From: a bacterium
Lineage (GTDB): Bacteria > Zhuqueibacterota > Zhuqueibacteria > Residuimicrobiales > Krinioviventaceae
NCBI GenBank assembly: GCA_963675755.2
Contig: CAXXMD010000003.1
Span: 448,001-512,000, forward strand
Direction of reading: 5' to 3'
Length of the DNA stretch: 64,000 nucleotides
A program made the translations under genes and the position numbers. The notes under the pieces are model-generated. The model was not told the DNA's origin. It was given only the letters and a program-made list of their open reading frames with translations, and searched no databases. Below, piece by piece: positions 18,978-29,878 of this stretch. How positions within the stretch are numbered: position 1 is the stretch's first letter; each line of letters begins with the position of its first letter.

Positions 18978-20441
18978 CTAATCCAATTGTTCCACATTGC
19001 TGCAATTTTCAAACACAAAGGATTCACCGGTTTTTGCGTCACAGCTTACATTGTACAATTTGAGCCCGTCAACCCAATTAAATACCATCCCTTTTTCAGC
19101 AGTCATATTTACATTTTTCAATATCAGGTTCCGAACCGGCATTGCTTCCACACTCTGGATAGATACCGCCGTGCCCGCGCCATCACAGTCAATATCATGG
19201 ATCATGATATTGCGAAAAGCCGGATACGCATCCGCGTCATCCGCGGCCAGCCAGGCACCGTAATGGGTGTTGATACGTATGGCTTCGTTACGAATATTGC
19301 GCATGCTTATGTCGCGGTAAAAGATATTCTCAACCACACCCCCGCGAGCAGCATTTGACTTTAACCGAATTCCCCGATCTGATCCGTCAAACACACAGTC
19401 ATAACACAATACGTTTCTCACTCCACCGGACATTTCACTACCAATCACAATTCCGCCGTGACTACTCAACGCAGTAATATTGCGCACAACAATATTTTCT
19501 GTAGGTCTTGCAACCCGCCAGCCATCTTCATTTACCCCGGATTTCAGACAAACCGCATCATCCCCCACATCCAACCGGCAATGTTCAACCAAAACATTAC
19601 TACTCGAATCCAGATTAATTCCATCAGTATTGGGGCCGCCTTTGGTATGTACCTCCAGATCACGCACTATCACATTATCACAATACGCTATGTGGACCGT
19701 CCAGAACGGACCGGGATTGGCAATAGTAAATCCTTCCAACAATACATTCCTGCAATTGATGGGACTGATCATTTGCGGGCGCAGCCCGGCTTCGGGTGTG
19801 CCGAATATCCGTTTCTCCGGTCCAACGCCATTTAACACCATAGTATTATACATATCAGTTGCGGTACTGCTTTGTTTTTCAGACCAGGGCCACCAGGATT
19901 CCCCGTTTCCATAAATCTTTCCGGGGCCGGTAACCGCAATATTAACACACTCCCGTGCATAGATCAGGGGAGAATAATTATAGCATTCAAATCCTGCCCA
20001 GCGGGTAAAAACAGCAGGTAGAAAATCATTTGGATCATTGCTAAAATGGATTTCCGCTCCTTTTAAAAGGTGCAAATTCACATTGCTGAGCAGATGAATC
20101 GCCCCGGTCAGCCATTTACCTTCCGGAACAATCACCTTTCCCCCGCCTGCCTCGTTACATGCGGCTATTGTTTCTCGTATAGCTTGTGTGTTGAGTACTA
20201 AACTGTCTCCTACGGCACCATAATCCACAATATTAAATGTGCGATCCATAAACACGGGACGTATGGGTTGGTTCATTTCAAAAGGCGTCATCACAGGAGC
20301 AATCTCGTATGATGGCTTTTCAAGCGCTCCTCGTGATGCTGGTACCCATTGCCGGCAGCCAAAATTATTCAATAATAAAATCAATAAAACGAGCAGACAG
20401 AATCGAACAGCAATTACAATCGGCCGGGTGTGTTTGCGCAC
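18978..20441 (-). CDS. Glycoside hydrolase family 28 (polygalacturonase-like)
   Basis: Catalytic motifs NTDG, GDD, HGG and RLK; IVDYGAVGD N-terminus. GTG start. Confidence 0.92.
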   Translation of the reverse strand: MRKHTRPIVIAVRFCLLVLLILLLNNFGCRQWVPASRGALEKPSYEIAPVMTPFEMNQPIRPVFMDRTFNIVDYGAVGDSLVLNTQAIRETIAACNEAGGGKVIVPEGKWLTGAIHLLSNVNLHLLKGAEIHFSNDPNDFLPAVFTRWAGFECYNYSPLIYARECVNIAVTGPGKIYGNGESWWPWSEKQSSTATDMYNTMVLNGVGPEKRIFGTPEAGLRPQMISPINCRNVLLEGFTIANPGPFWTVHIAYCDNVIVRDLEVHTKGGPNTDGINLDSSSNVLVEHCRLDVGDDAVCLKSGVNEDGWRVARPTENIVVRNITALSSHGGIVIGSEMSGGVRNVLCYDCVFDGSDRGIRLKSNAARGGVVENIFYRDISMRNIRNEAIRINTHYGAWLAADDADAYPAFRNIMIHDIDCDGAGTAVSIQSVEAMPVRNLILKNVNMTAEKGMVFNWVDGLKLYNVSCDAKTGESFVFENCSNVEQLD

Positions 20442-20443
20442 GT

Positions 20444-22222
20444 TTATTCTCCTTCCGGTGAAGTAAATGGATAATCAAAGGGAGCAGCGGATTCCAGAAC
20501 CAATGCACCAAATGCATCGGTACAGTAAACCTGGTTGGGTGAAACCGTCAGGTTTTGCTTTTTGCCTCCCCATTCCAGTGTAACCTGTTGTGTTTCCGGG
20601 CTGATGCCCACAACCTTTAACAAATTGCCCTCCATATCGGTAACAACCCGCACATTGGCTGAACAGGTAAATATCTTTTTCCCGTCTATTGTTCCGTCAA
20701 AACGGCCATTCTTTAATTGCAGAGTAAAAACGTGTTTGTCCCATTGCTGCGTATAGGTATATTCTGACTGTTTATAAGCCATTCCGCTGAACCAGACCTC
20801 GTTATTCTCGGCAGAAAACTCGATACCATACAAATGTGCTATATATTGCAATACCGCAAGTGCCGTGGGACCATAAGAAGATGTCCGTTGCCCCTTGGGT
20901 ATATTGGGTTTACCAGTTATGGGATCAAACTGCTGGGTAAAGATCCGTTCTTCACCTACCGCCGGCAGCAATTTATCTGCGATCAGGGTCACTTCAGCAT
21001 AATGCCCGTAATTTTCCAATGCCCTAACAGCACGCTGAAATGTCAGTCCTTGCGGTTGACCGCTCCAATTGTTCCAGGGCACACTTTTGAATTTGGGATC
21101 ATTTGCCGCAATAGAAACCAGCGGCATGGGTGTCCAGAACTCGTCCGGATTCAACAAATGATTTTTAATAAACGCATCGGCCATGTGCTGGGTAAAAACA
21201 CCGTGGTACATACATCGTAAATTGTTGTGAATCAGTACATCCATAAATTCGTTATCCGGTCCACGATCATAACAGGCATGTTTTTCCGGTATCCACAGGT
21301 AATCGATCACTTTGCGCCGGGTGGTTTCAGACTTTTTCATCCAAAAATCAGCTTTACCGTTCTCTAGCTCTGCCGAGATCTGTGCCATGATCCGTTCACC
21401 ATTGTACGCATAAGACATGACATCCATGGATTCATAATACGCGGGAAGTTTGCTGCGGTCCTCTGGCCAGCGCGTACAGCCATCCTCTCCTGTATCCAGA
21501 AACGAGAGCGCTTCCAGGCAGCCGTTATTATCATTATCCCGACTCTTCCACAAAAACGCTTCATGGCGTTCAAACGCATTGTACAAAAGCTCGAGATAGT
21601 TTTTATCTTTTTTCAACAGAAAATAGAGCTCCCAGGCCGGAGTAGGAAAGCAATACCCCTGCAATCCTCCGAATTTACGTGAATCCGTATTGATACGATA
21701 TGCGATTTGCCCGTCATCTCCCTGGTTCAATATAAAGATCATCTGGTTATTACGGGCGATTTGCAGATTACGTTTGCCCCACATGTATCCACCCATAGGT
21801 TGGGTCTCTATCCATGCACCTATATAACCACTGCCTTCAATCAATATATCCATGTCGAGTGGAGGAGGATAATGCGCTTCGTTGTTATAACAAACAGCTT
21901 CCGCGGCATTGTACAATCCCATCAGAAACGTATCGTTTACAGCAAAGGTAACTCCGGTTTCAGGGACCTCACCCAGCGGAACTGATAGCAGAGGAAATTC
22001 TTCCGGCAGCGGTTCAACCCGGCTGCTGCCCGGTATCCTTTTTCCGTCAGGTTGTCGACGCCGTTCGGGCCTTTTAGGAGGGGTTGCATCATCCGCAGGT
22101 TTTTTGATCTGCTCCTCAGGTTTGTTTTCCTGAGCTGTAACCGGGGATTGAATAAAAAACACAGGGTACATTACCAGAACAAGAATAATGATTAAAACTC
22201 GGATAAATTTCGATGGCAGCAT
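20444..22222 (-). CDS. Secreted (alpha/alpha)6 glycoside hydrolase, GH63/MGH1-like
   Basis: WIETQPMGG, DTGED, FWTPMPLVSIAANDP, NNWSGQPQGLT, FTQQFDP. Confidence 0.7.
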   Translation of the reverse strand: MLPSKFIRVLIIILVLVMYPVFFIQSPVTAQENKPEEQIKKPADDATPPKRPERRRQPDGKRIPGSSRVEPLPEEFPLLSVPLGEVPETGVTFAVNDTFLMGLYNAAEAVCYNNEAHYPPPLDMDILIEGSGYIGAWIETQPMGGYMWGKRNLQIARNNQMIFILNQGDDGQIAYRINTDSRKFGGLQGYCFPTPAWELYFLLKKDKNYLELLYNAFERHEAFLWKSRDNDNNGCLEALSFLDTGEDGCTRWPEDRSKLPAYYESMDVMSYAYNGERIMAQISAELENGKADFWMKKSETTRRKVIDYLWIPEKHACYDRGPDNEFMDVLIHNNLRCMYHGVFTQHMADAFIKNHLLNPDEFWTPMPLVSIAANDPKFKSVPWNNWSGQPQGLTFQRAVRALENYGHYAEVTLIADKLLPAVGEERIFTQQFDPITGKPNIPKGQRTSSYGPTALAVLQYIAHLYGIEFSAENNEVWFSGMAYKQSEYTYTQQWDKHVFTLQLKNGRFDGTIDGKKIFTCSANVRVVTDMEGNLLKVVGISPETQQVTLEWGGKKQNLTVSPNQVYCTDAFGALVLESAAPFDYPFTSPEGE

Positions 22223-22474
22223 AGGTTACCTCCACTGAACTTTTGGGGTGTGTTTAACAATACTGTTTTTGTCAATTGTAGAACAATCAATTCTTAAATA
22301 GAGGCTGTTTCGTATCATACAAATTTCCGGAAATTTTATCAACCCTTTTTTCCAGACATTCAATTGCACCGCATTTTAGGAAAAAGATCATATTTATTAA
22401 TTCTCTTGAACTTTTTTTTGTAACAAATACTGTTTATTTACATATAATAGAGCGTTAAAAAACAAGGAGACAAC

Positions 22475-23014
22475 ATGAAAAAATCATTAATCAGAACCAT
22501 TGCATTGTTAATAATCATTAGCTTTATATCTTTATCTTTGCCGGGTTGTTATGGCAAGTTCCAGCTTTCTCGTAATCTTTATAAATGGAACGGTCAGGTT
22601 GGAGATAAAACAGCAAATACTGTTGTTATGTGGATAATGGTTATTTTACCGGTATACGAAATTGTTGGCGCCGTAGACTTTTTCATCCTCAATACCATTG
22701 AATACTGGACCGGAGAAAACCCGGTTAATATGAGCGCAAATGAATCTGAAATCCGGGTTGTTAATATGGATGGAGTAGATTACGAGATCACAGCAACGCA
22801 AAACCGGTTCGACATCCGCTCCATGAATGAGGACAAACACATCAGCCTGGTGTATCACGATGAAAGTCGCTCCTGGTTTGTTCAGGATGATTCCGGTAAT
22901 ATCACCCAGATCGCCCAACTGGATGATGTGGATCAAAACCTGTTACATCTCATCAAACCCGATGGAAAACTACTCGATGTGGATTTGAGCACCAATCAAC
23001 TCGCAGCAAATTAA
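22475..23014 (+). CDS. DUF3332 family lipoprotein
   Basis: GCYGKFQLSRNLYKWN and DFFILNTIEYWTGENP. Confidence 0.85.
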   Translation: MKKSLIRTIALLIIISFISLSLPGCYGKFQLSRNLYKWNGQVGDKTANTVVMWIMVILPVYEIVGAVDFFILNTIEYWTGENPVNMSANESEIRVVNMDGVDYEITATQNRFDIRSMNEDKHISLVYHDESRSWFVQDDSGNITQIAQLDDVDQNLLHLIKPDGKLLDVDLSTNQLAAN

Positions 23015-23028
23015 ATTCACCTACTTTT

Positions 23029-23068
23029 AAAAACGCAGCAGTGGAGAATCTCCCTGTTGCGTTTTTTT
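23029..23068 (+). terminator. Intrinsic terminator
   Basis: AAAAACGCAGCAG..CTGTTGCG followed by a T7 tract. Confidence 0.8.
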
Positions 23069-23215
23069 ATAGCCGCATCACCTCAACTGGCTTGTAAATT
23101 GCAACCCTGTTTTCATATCATTTCTCACCTGAACTGATACTGATATTAAAAACATAATAATCAGATACTTGTAAACAAAACTCATTTCCATTGGAGCTGT
23201 TTATTCTATCCTATA

Positions 23216-24295
23216 ATGGATAAAAAGTTCAATTTGGGGATAAATACCGGACAAATTTATATGACGAAAAATAAATACCTTCACTTTTGGATGGCTGCCG
23301 TGCTATTGTGCCTTTGGGGACTGGCGTTCCCTTTTTTCAGACAATCCTTTACACAGGATTTCTACTATATGCCCTTCCTGGGTGTTATAGCGGCTACAGT
23401 TGCCAACACGACTCCCGCTGCAGCAGGCATAGTCTACTTTCCAATCCTGACGCGTCTGCAAATTGCACCGTTAGCTGCAGTTCAATTCAATATGCTCATT
23501 CAGGCTTATGGTATGAGTTTGGGCACGGCCAAGTGGTTCATGGTTAACAAGCGTCTTTTTATTACCAATGTTTTACCGGTTTGCCTTGTTGGTGGTTTTT
23601 TGGGCGTTTTTACAGGAATCGTTTTGCTCCCGCTTCAAGAGCCCAAAATATTAACCCTGGTATTTAATTTTATTGCATTTGCACTGACGCAATTTATCTT
23701 TTTCTCTATACTTGCCCGGCACAAATATCCCAAATTATCCGTAACTCTGAATCCCAGGAATATTGCAATTTTATTTATTTTTTCACTTTTGGGAGGTTTA
23801 ATCTCAGGATGGATAGGTTTTGGCATTGATACTATTTTTTACTTTGTACTGACGGTTATCTTTCAGATCAATCCTGCCGCCTCTATTATCACCAGTATAT
23901 CACTCATGGCCGCCATGTCCCTGTTTGGTAGTCTGCTCAATATACTGCTGCACAGTGTGCCCATTTCACTATGGTATTCTGCAATTCCGGGTGTTACCAT
24001 TGCAGGTCTGTTTCTGGCAACGTTTATCGCCATGAAACTGGGACCGAAAAACGTGTTATTGCTCTTTACCATGCTGTTGAGTGTGGACTTTTTTGTAACA
24101 TTCTGGACCCAACAGACTTTACCCATGACACAGGTTCTGCGTGCTTTTACAACGTATGCGCTTGTAGCATATATTGTATTTATTCACATCAAAGTATTTA
24201 AAAAAGGATACAACGATATGGAAAACATGCTGGGAACATTCAAAGAACAAAAAGAACCTGTTTTAGAGCCAGAAAAAGAATTGGAGTATAATTAA
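23216..24295 (+). CDS. TauE/SafE (sulfite exporter) family membrane protein
   Basis: About nine to ten TM helices, ATVANTTPAAAGIVYFP and GGLISGWIGFGID. The start may be 23261. Confidence 0.7.
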   Translation: MDKKFNLGINTGQIYMTKNKYLHFWMAAVLLCLWGLAFPFFRQSFTQDFYYMPFLGVIAATVANTTPAAAGIVYFPILTRLQIAPLAAVQFNMLIQAYGMSLGTAKWFMVNKRLFITNVLPVCLVGGFLGVFTGIVLLPLQEPKILTLVFNFIAFALTQFIFFSILARHKYPKLSVTLNPRNIAILFIFSLLGGLISGWIGFGIDTIFYFVLTVIFQINPAASIITSISLMAAMSLFGSLLNILLHSVPISLWYSAIPGVTIAGLFLATFIAMKLGPKNVLLLFTMLLSVDFFVTFWTQQTLPMTQVLRAFTTYALVAYIVFIHIKVFKKGYNDMENMLGTFKEQKEPVLEPEKELEYN

Positions 24296-24568
24296 ATAAC
24301 ACTTTTTTAATTTAAAATGATCACTGCTTAAAAAAGCATATTCTCTGTTGGATTGCAATAAATATCCCCTTAAACATCTACCTCAACATTTTACATTTTA
24401 AATTTTTCTTTCAACATTATAACAACTTTTTTGATTAAACAAATACAAACGTTACCAATAAATCTGTGATTAAAAAACCAAATTTACCTGCAAAATTTTA
24501 ATATTGCTTTTCATTTTTTTTAGCGGTAATATATTTGTTTTTAAATTTAAATAATTACAGGAGTCTTT

Positions 24569-26143
24569 ATGAAAAAATTTGTTACAATTGTTTTTTTTAT
24601 CATGATGCAGGGTGTGGTTTGGGGACAGTTTAACGGTGGTGATGGATCTTCTTCAACTCCTTACCAGGTCGCTACGGCAACACAGTTGAACAATGTTAGA
24701 AATTACTTGTCTGCTTATTTTATTCAAACAGCGGATATTGATCTAAATGTTTCACCCTATAATACCGGTAACGGCTGGGTACCTATCGGTGATGGTGCAA
24801 CCAAATTTACCGGAAATTATGACGGTAACGGTCATATCATCAGCAATCTCTTTATTGATACTTATAGCAGCTATATGGGGCTTTTCGGCTATACCAACGG
24901 TGCGGTTATTTCAAAGCTTGGTCTGGTCAATGTTGACATTACCGGCTCTGGTAATTTAGGTGCGCTTGCGGGTCAATTAACCGGAGGTTCTGTCAGCCAA
25001 TGTTACAGCACCGGTTCTGTGACCAATATCGACGCCGGTGAAGTTGCTGGCGGCCTGGCGGGTGGTGCCACAACCTGCACTATATCCAACTGTTACAGTC
25101 GGGCGAATGTGTCAGGTGAAACGCTCGATGGCGGATTGATAGGCCAAATCGGAGTATCATCTTCCTTGACCAACAGTTACAGTACCGGAACCGTGACCAA
25201 TGCCAGTGATGACGGATATTTCGGGCTAATCAGCCAGAATTATTCTTCATCCAATACGTTTGTTGTCAATTGTTTTTGGGACACGGAATCTTCCGGAGAA
25301 ATTGATAGTGACGGCGGTAATGGCAGCGGCGGTACCGGTAAAACCACGGCTGAAATGAAAACCCTGGCAACCTTTACCGATATCGCTACAACAGGACTCA
25401 CTACTGCGTGGGATTTTGAAACCAATCCAAATGATGATGCCGCGGATGACGATATCTGGGACATTGACCTCTCCGGTACCATTAACAACGGCTATCCTTA
25501 TCTCGCATGGCAGGATGGCGGCGAACAGTCACTGCCGGTGGAATTATCGTCATTCACCGCAGTGATGGAACACAACGGTGTTCTCCTGCAATGGCAGACC
25601 GAAAGTGAAACCGACAACCTCGGTTTTATTCTGGAAAGAAAAGAGGCATCCGCTAAAGCATGGTCAGTTATCGCGGATTACAGAAAAACTGCAGGACTGC
25701 AGGGCAAAGGCAATTCTTCTTCTATAAGCAAATATTCCTACACGGATAAAAATATTACCCCCGGCAGCAGTTATGAATACCGGCTTTCCGATGTAAATAT
25801 AGATGGTCAAAATAACATTTTAAAAGCTGTCAATATCACCGCAACTTTTGTGACCGTACCTGAAAAGACAGCTTTGATGCCAGCGTACCCCAATCCTTTT
25901 AATCCCGAAACCCGCATCACCTGGCATCTGGCAGAAAGCGCAATTGTTAATATAACAGTGGTCGATCTGCTGGGTCGAACAGTTTCGCGAATACTGACTG
26001 ACCAGTATCAGGATAGTGGTGTCTATAACACAACCTGGAATGGTCGTGACGATCTGGGCCTGAATTGCCCGTCAGGAATTTATCTTGTCGTGCTCAGAGC
26101 CGGTAACTATACAGCCGCTCAAAAAGTTATGCTTGTCAGATAA
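24569..26143 (+). CDS. Secreted GLUG-repeat beta-helix protein with a FlgD-Ig/T9SS-type C-terminal domain
   Basis: GGDGS..PYQV, FTGNYDGNG, repeated GGLAG/GGLIG, GKTTAEMK, LPVELSSF, YPNPFNP. Confidence 0.85.
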   Translation: MKKFVTIVFFIMMQGVVWGQFNGGDGSSSTPYQVATATQLNNVRNYLSAYFIQTADIDLNVSPYNTGNGWVPIGDGATKFTGNYDGNGHIISNLFIDTYSSYMGLFGYTNGAVISKLGLVNVDITGSGNLGALAGQLTGGSVSQCYSTGSVTNIDAGEVAGGLAGGATTCTISNCYSRANVSGETLDGGLIGQIGVSSSLTNSYSTGTVTNASDDGYFGLISQNYSSSNTFVVNCFWDTESSGEIDSDGGNGSGGTGKTTAEMKTLATFTDIATTGLTTAWDFETNPNDDAADDDIWDIDLSGTINNGYPYLAWQDGGEQSLPVELSSFTAVMEHNGVLLQWQTESETDNLGFILERKEASAKAWSVIADYRKTAGLQGKGNSSSISKYSYTDKNITPGSSYEYRLSDVNIDGQNNILKAVNITATFVTVPEKTALMPAYPNPFNPETRITWHLAESAIVNITVVDLLGRTVSRILTDQYQDSGVYNTTWNGRDDLGLNCPSGIYLVVLRAGNYTAAQKVMLVR

Positions 26144-26226
26144 GCCATTACTGGCTCCCATATCAAGTCTTGACAAAAAATACTAGTCGAACAATCTTGA
26201 TTTTAGTTTTACATTTATATCGCAAT

Positions 26227-26270
26227 TTTAAAAAAATCAGGCACCCTATAAAAGTGCCTGATTTTTTAAA
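26227..26270. terminator. Bidirectional terminator
   Basis: TTTAAAAAAATCAGGCAC..GTGCCTGATTTTTTAAA between convergent genes. Confidence 0.8.
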
Positions 26271-26321
26271 GCTCGTATCCTTTATCCCAAAGCAGCTGTT
26301 TTCCACCAGCCCGGAACAACT

Positions 26322-26834
26322 TTACAATACCAAAATAAGCATAGACGCTGCAACTCCAAAGGATGTTAAAAACATTCCGCGTTTAAAATGTTTTGAACTG
26401 GGTTTAAACATCCACAATGATGAAAGTGCCAGGAACAGCAGCAGAATCCCATAAATCATGCTGAACCAATGGACCAGATTCTTGTCGTTCTGTTTGTGCA
26501 ATTGGATCAACTTGTCCACCATTGCCGGATATTGGGTAACTGTATAATTCACAATTCCGGTTGTTTTTTCATAAGTTCCTGAATCAAATTGAATCACCTC
26601 ATCATCTCTGATAACATGAAATTTGCGCATATGTAATGTATTACCAAGCTCTTCCGCTGTTAATCCAGATTCAAGAGTTCTGGTAACTGTTTGTTCTGTT
26701 TTCAACAAACCCGTCTCACGATAAATGAGTAAAATTCCACTCAAACCATAAATCAAGGTAAGGCCAATAAGGAAAAATCCAATATCTCTATGCAATGCAC
26801 GAATTAATGTATAAATAGTTTTTCTTGTTTTCAT
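26322..26834 (-). CDS. PepSY-associated TM helix protein
   Basis: AAGGAG RBS before MKTRK. RALHRDIGFF, LIQLHK, LALSSLWMF. Confidence 0.8.
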   Translation of the reverse strand: MKTRKTIYTLIRALHRDIGFFLIGLTLIYGLSGILLIYRETGLLKTEQTVTRTLESGLTAEELGNTLHMRKFHVIRDDEVIQFDSGTYEKTTGIVNYTVTQYPAMVDKLIQLHKQNDKNLVHWFSMIYGILLLFLALSSLWMFKPSSKHFKRGMFLTSFGVAASMLILVL

Positions 26835-27350
26835 TTCTGTACTCCTTAATAATATCACGCTGTATATACGTCTCTTAGGTCCTAATATTGACATATTAAC
26901 ACATCAATCGAGCGTTTCAAACATTTCACTTGTGGATTGCAATCCTGATCAGCTGCCTGTCACTTTGCTCTCACTTTTAGCAAGTAACAGTTTTTGAAGA
27001 GTTTTTTACTCAAATCACATGTCATTCATTTATGAGTAAAAATCGACATGTTAGTTCAAATAACGGGGGGCATAACAAAAAGTTCTTAAAAATATTTTAA
27101 AAAAATAAATTCATCAGAAATAGTATATGTATTAACAAAAATCACTTACCCACAAACAATTAAATAATCAGTATTTAACCATTTTTACAAATATTCCCAA
27201 AAAAATGATTGTTACAGAGAACATATACTTGAAACGTACGTTATTCATTAAAACGATCAGTTGTGAAAAGAACTAGAACAATCCAATCGCTTGCCCCGAT
27301 ATCGGCAGAAACCGTCAACCACTTGCCCTCAACCATTTGGAGGATTCCAC

Positions 27351-29471
27351 ATGAATGGGAAAAGAGCTACCGTATTTATCATTTTAACATTATTCATCAG
27401 TACAATTACCTGGTCACAGGGTTCTTACACATTTCAACCCCAAATTGACGCGCGTATGACTGAATTGCTGCACCAGGATGGAATGGTTTTCAAAGATTTG
27501 AACAAAAACGGCAAACTGGATGCTTACGAAGACTGGCGCAAATCCGTAAATGAAAGAGTGGATGACCTGGTCAGCCAAATGACACCGGAAGAAAAAGCCG
27601 GAATGCTTTTGATCAATACCATGAACGCAGATACCAAAGGCCGGCTGCCAGAAATTGCAAATCGCTATATTTTCCAGGAACACATGACTCGTTTTATTTT
27701 TAGAAACAATGTCGCTGAACGGTCTCCCAATCCTTCGTCCAGGAGTTCCCGCTCAAGACGTGGAGGGGGTTTCCCACGTACAGCGCCTATCAGTCCTTAT
27801 GATGCGGCACAGTTTATGAATTCCGTACAGGAACTGGCAGAATCCACACGCCTAGGTATTCCGGTGCTGTTTAAATCAAACGGCAGAAACCATTATACAC
27901 ATTCAGCACAGTTGGGTATTGATGTTAGCGCGGGATCCTTTTCGGCATTTCCCAAAGAAGCAGGACTCGCAGCGGCAGCACTTGGTGAAGGCAATATGGA
28001 TGTGATCAAAACATTTTCCAAAATCATGGCTATGGAGTGGTCATCCATTGGTTTGCGTGGCATGTACGGTTATATGGCAGACCTGTGTACTGAACCCAGA
28101 TGGAACCGTTTTTCCGGCTGCTTTACCGAAGACGCGGATCTGAACTCAGAAATCATGACCACCCTGGTCACCTGTCTGCAAAGAAAAGACGTATGGCACA
28201 ACAATGTCTATTTAACCATGAAGCACTTTCCCGGTGGCGGACCGCAACAGGATGGTTTTGACGCACATTACAGATATGGCAAAGATCAGGTCTACCCTGC
28301 CAGCATGTTTGATTATCACTGGAAACCCTTCAAAGCCGCCATTGACGCAGGCCTCTCTGCAATCATGCCCTACTATGGCGTTCCGGTGGGCGGACCCTAC
28401 AAACCCAATAATGTGGGCATGTCCTACTCGAAAGGGATTGTCACGGATCTGTTGAGAGAAAAACTGGGATTCAAAGGTGTGGTTAATTCCGATACAGGCA
28501 TTATGCAAAATATGCCCTGGGGAGTTGAAGACAAATCCCTGGATGAACGGGTTGTCATGTCTGTTAACGCCGGAGTGGATGTGTTGTCAGGATTTGATAA
28601 TAACGCCCAGGTACTGGGCATGATTGGCAATGGGATTACCGAAGAACGGATTGACGAATCCTGTAAACGCATGCTGACTGTACAATTTGAACTGGGATTG
28701 TTTGAAAATCCCTATGTCGATCCGGTTCGCGCAAGCACGGTTGTAGGACGCACTACACACACCCAGGCTGCCTATGAGGTACAAAAAAAATCTGTCGTTT
28801 TGCTGCAAAACAAAGATATTCTCCCGCTCCCTGCACCTGCAAAAGAAAAACCGGTTACTATTCTTATTATGGGTATGAACCCGGATGTGGTATCTAAATA
28901 CAGTAATGCACAGGAAGAAGGCGGATTTGGATTTGGCCGCAGAGGTAGAGGCGAATTGCCAACCTATACCGTAATTGACGGTAACGACAGTACCCTTAAT
29001 ATTTCTACTGTTGATGCCGATTATGCTATCATCCGGGTTACGGCCAACTATAGCGGTGGTACCAGTTGGTTTGTTCCCTGGGACCAGCAGAATCCCGGCA
29101 ATGGATTTGGTATGCTCTCTCTCTCGTCAATGGATGAAACAGACTGGGAACTGAGCCCATCATTAACAGATATTCAAGCAGCCATGAATAAAGTGGGTGC
29201 AAAAAATACAATAGTCTCTATCTATTTTAGTCAACCCTTTGTCATAGATGAACAATGCGGCATTCGTGATGCCGGTGCCATTCTGGCGACTTTTGGAGTA
29301 AGGGATGACGCATTGATGGAAGTACTGACCGGAGCATTCAATCCACAGGGCAAAATGCCCTTTGCGCTGGCAAAAAGCCAGGCCGCTATTGAAGCTCAGG
29401 ATGAAGATGCCCCCGGCTATCCCGAAAAAGACACACTTTTCCCATTCGGGTTTGGATTATCATATAAATGA
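27351..29471 (+). CDS. Glycoside hydrolase family 3 (beta-glucosidase-like), secreted
   Basis: GGAGG RBS. FKDLNKNGKLDAYEDWR, MKHFPGGGP, IMPYY, nucleophile VVNSDTG, FPFGFGLSY. Confidence 0.93.
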   Translation: MNGKRATVFIILTLFISTITWSQGSYTFQPQIDARMTELLHQDGMVFKDLNKNGKLDAYEDWRKSVNERVDDLVSQMTPEEKAGMLLINTMNADTKGRLPEIANRYIFQEHMTRFIFRNNVAERSPNPSSRSSRSRRGGGFPRTAPISPYDAAQFMNSVQELAESTRLGIPVLFKSNGRNHYTHSAQLGIDVSAGSFSAFPKEAGLAAAALGEGNMDVIKTFSKIMAMEWSSIGLRGMYGYMADLCTEPRWNRFSGCFTEDADLNSEIMTTLVTCLQRKDVWHNNVYLTMKHFPGGGPQQDGFDAHYRYGKDQVYPASMFDYHWKPFKAAIDAGLSAIMPYYGVPVGGPYKPNNVGMSYSKGIVTDLLREKLGFKGVVNSDTGIMQNMPWGVEDKSLDERVVMSVNAGVDVLSGFDNNAQVLGMIGNGITEERIDESCKRMLTVQFELGLFENPYVDPVRASTVVGRTTHTQAAYEVQKKSVVLLQNKDILPLPAPAKEKPVTILIMGMNPDVVSKYSNAQEEGGFGFGRRGRGELPTYTVIDGNDSTLNISTVDADYAIIRVTANYSGGTSWFVPWDQQNPGNGFGMLSLSSMDETDWELSPSLTDIQAAMNKVGAKNTIVSIYFSQPFVIDEQCGIRDAGAILATFGVRDDALMEVLTGAFNPQGKMPFALAKSQAAIEAQDEDAPGYPEKDTLFPFGFGLSYK

Positions 29472-29477
29472 TCAACA

Positions 29478-29710
29478 CACCTCCCGGAGGTGAAATTGAT
29501 CGCGTTGCAGATGCCTGCATCGCGCATATTTTTAAGGGACAATCGTCCCGTACAATAACATCAATATCAGGACAAATGTCCTGAAAATAGTTCCGCACGG
29601 CATGAATATGCCGCACGATCAAGTTATTTGGGTCACATTACCGACGCTCCTTAATTACTGCGTCCAAAATGAAATTTTGGACGCAAATTATACGCGAAAC
29701 TCTGTATCGC
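29478..29710. repeat. Repeat mosaic
   Basis: CACCTCCCGGAGGTG palindrome (29478-29492); TTGATC-capped inverted doublet (29496-29622); bipartite REP arm TACTGCGTCCAAAA..TTTTGGACGCA..GCGAAACTCTGTATCGC (29656-29710). Confidence 0.85.
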
Positions 29711-29878
29711 AAGGTTTTCAATCCATTTCTATCGATTGACATAAACCATCAAATGTCAAAGTCTAAACCCACCATAAAAAATTTTAAAAATTGATTAGAA
29801 TTTCAATACGTTTATTTGTAGATTGGTTCTATAATCCAACCCCAAATAACCAAACAATAAACGATCGGATTGATGATC

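Noticed and set aside
27003-27042. Inverted repeat TTTTTACTCA..TGAGTAAAAA as an operator
   Set aside because: AT-rich, single occurrence and no cognate regulator nearby, so it cannot be distinguished from chance.
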